20,000 nt of DNA from Lama guanicoe (lineage: Eukaryota). A program made the translations under genes and the position numbers. Below are positions 19,110 to 20,000 of the stretch, one piece after another (position 1 is the first letter of the stretch; each line of letters starts with the position of its first letter). Location of the stretch: positions 3,101,956 through 3,121,955 of the forward strand of contig MU054338.1 in NCBI GenBank assembly GCA_013239625.1. Direction: 5' to 3'. The notes below the pieces were generated by a model. That model was not told the origin of the DNA. It saw nothing but the letters and a program-made list of their open reading frames with translations, and made no database searches.

Positions 19110-19611
19110 GTTGTCCATATATGACCGCCCACCCACGCAGATTCTCCCTGTTTCACGGGCCCCTGAGCTGGCTCTCGCAGGCGAGCTGGGACACTCTGCA
19201 AGGGACAAGAGTGACACAGGGGTTAGAGGGCTCTGTCCTCATCAGCGAAGCCTCATTCCCAAGTTCCTCACCTGCCCGGGGCCTCCCAGCAGCTGTCCTC
19301 AGCCGTAACCTGAGCTCTTCTTCTCACAGCCTTGGCTGGTGACAGAGGCTGGGCAGGCAGCGCGCCCAGACACACCGATTCAGCAGATGAGCCTGGGGTG
19401 ACGCTCTGGGGCCCAGCAGGCTGGCCAGCAAGCAGTGTCTGACTACAGCTCGGGAAATCTGACCTGTGTGAAACCAGAGACGCTGAGGTGCTCAGAAAGT
19501 GACTTTAGATCGCTCGGCATCACTCAGGCCTTGGCTGTGTAGGAGTGGGGTGCTGGTCTCCTCGTCGTGGGTGGCTTCAATCACTGTCATTCTCTAACAC
19601 TTACCACAGAT

Positions 19612-19809
19612 CAGTGGTTCTCACCCAGGGGAGTCCTCCTCCCCAGGGGATGCTGGGCCGTGTCTGGAGACATCTGTGGTTGTCATGATCAGGGGAGGGG
19701 TGCATCCTGGCATCAAGTGAGTGGGGGCCAGGGATGCTGAACAGGGTGAACCCAGCACAGAGAATGATCCAGCCCAACTATCAGCAGTGCTGAAGCTGGG
19801 GGGACCCTG
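19612..19809 (+). mobile_element. MER20 (hAT-Charlie)
   Basis: cagtggttctca...tgtctggagacat...tggttgtca...ctggcatcaagtg...ggccagggatgctg...ccagcccaa...accctg. Confidence 0.9.
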
Positions 19810-19842
19810 AACTAGATTCACAGAATAATAAAAATCACGAGT

Positions 19843-20000
19843 TGGGACCTAATGAAACTTACAAGCTTCTGCAGAGCAAAGGAAACCAGAAATAAAACAA
19901 GAAGAAAACCTACGGAATGGGAGAAAATTTTTGCAAGTGAAACCAACAAAGGCTTGATCTCCAGAATATATAAGCAGCTCATACGACACAGTAAGGTAAG
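19843..20000 (+). mobile_element. Young, 5'-truncated L1 ORF2 fragment running off the window
   Basis: Open frame [46 protein letters not shown] matches the L1 ORF2p C-terminal region (compare WDLIKLKSFCTAKE...PTEWEKIFA...KGLISRIY). Confidence 0.93.

Noticed and set aside
1..20000. CRISPR arrays, operons or other prokaryotic systems
   Set aside because: The sequence is mammalian and shows no repeat-spacer array or dense coding structure

Overview
This is mammalian non-coding DNA, almost certainly from a camelid (camel, alpaca or llama). The evidence is three copies of the tRNA-derived Vic-1-type SINE and a young L1 ORF2 fragment. Most of the window is interspersed repeats: old L1M 3' ends, L2, MIR, several MLT1 LTRs, MER74, MER82, two MER20 copies and a young solo ERV LTR, plus simple and low-complexity repeats. 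No intact protein-coding gene is supported, and the long ORFs in the track come from low-complexity or repeat sequence. The best non-routine observations are: (1) a tailless 38-nt U2 snRNA retrocopy with a target-site duplication (TSD); (2) repeat-free islands at about 11.7-14.6 kb that translate on the + strand, with stops and frameshifts, into FN3-like and receptor-PTP/SUSD1 juxtamembrane-like peptides, suggesting an anciently decayed gene (speculative); (3) a solo LTR with a duplicated terminus; (4) a three-layer nested insertion that reuses one target site. Repeat family names come from my recollection of consensus sequences, not from a search, and boundaries are approximate.
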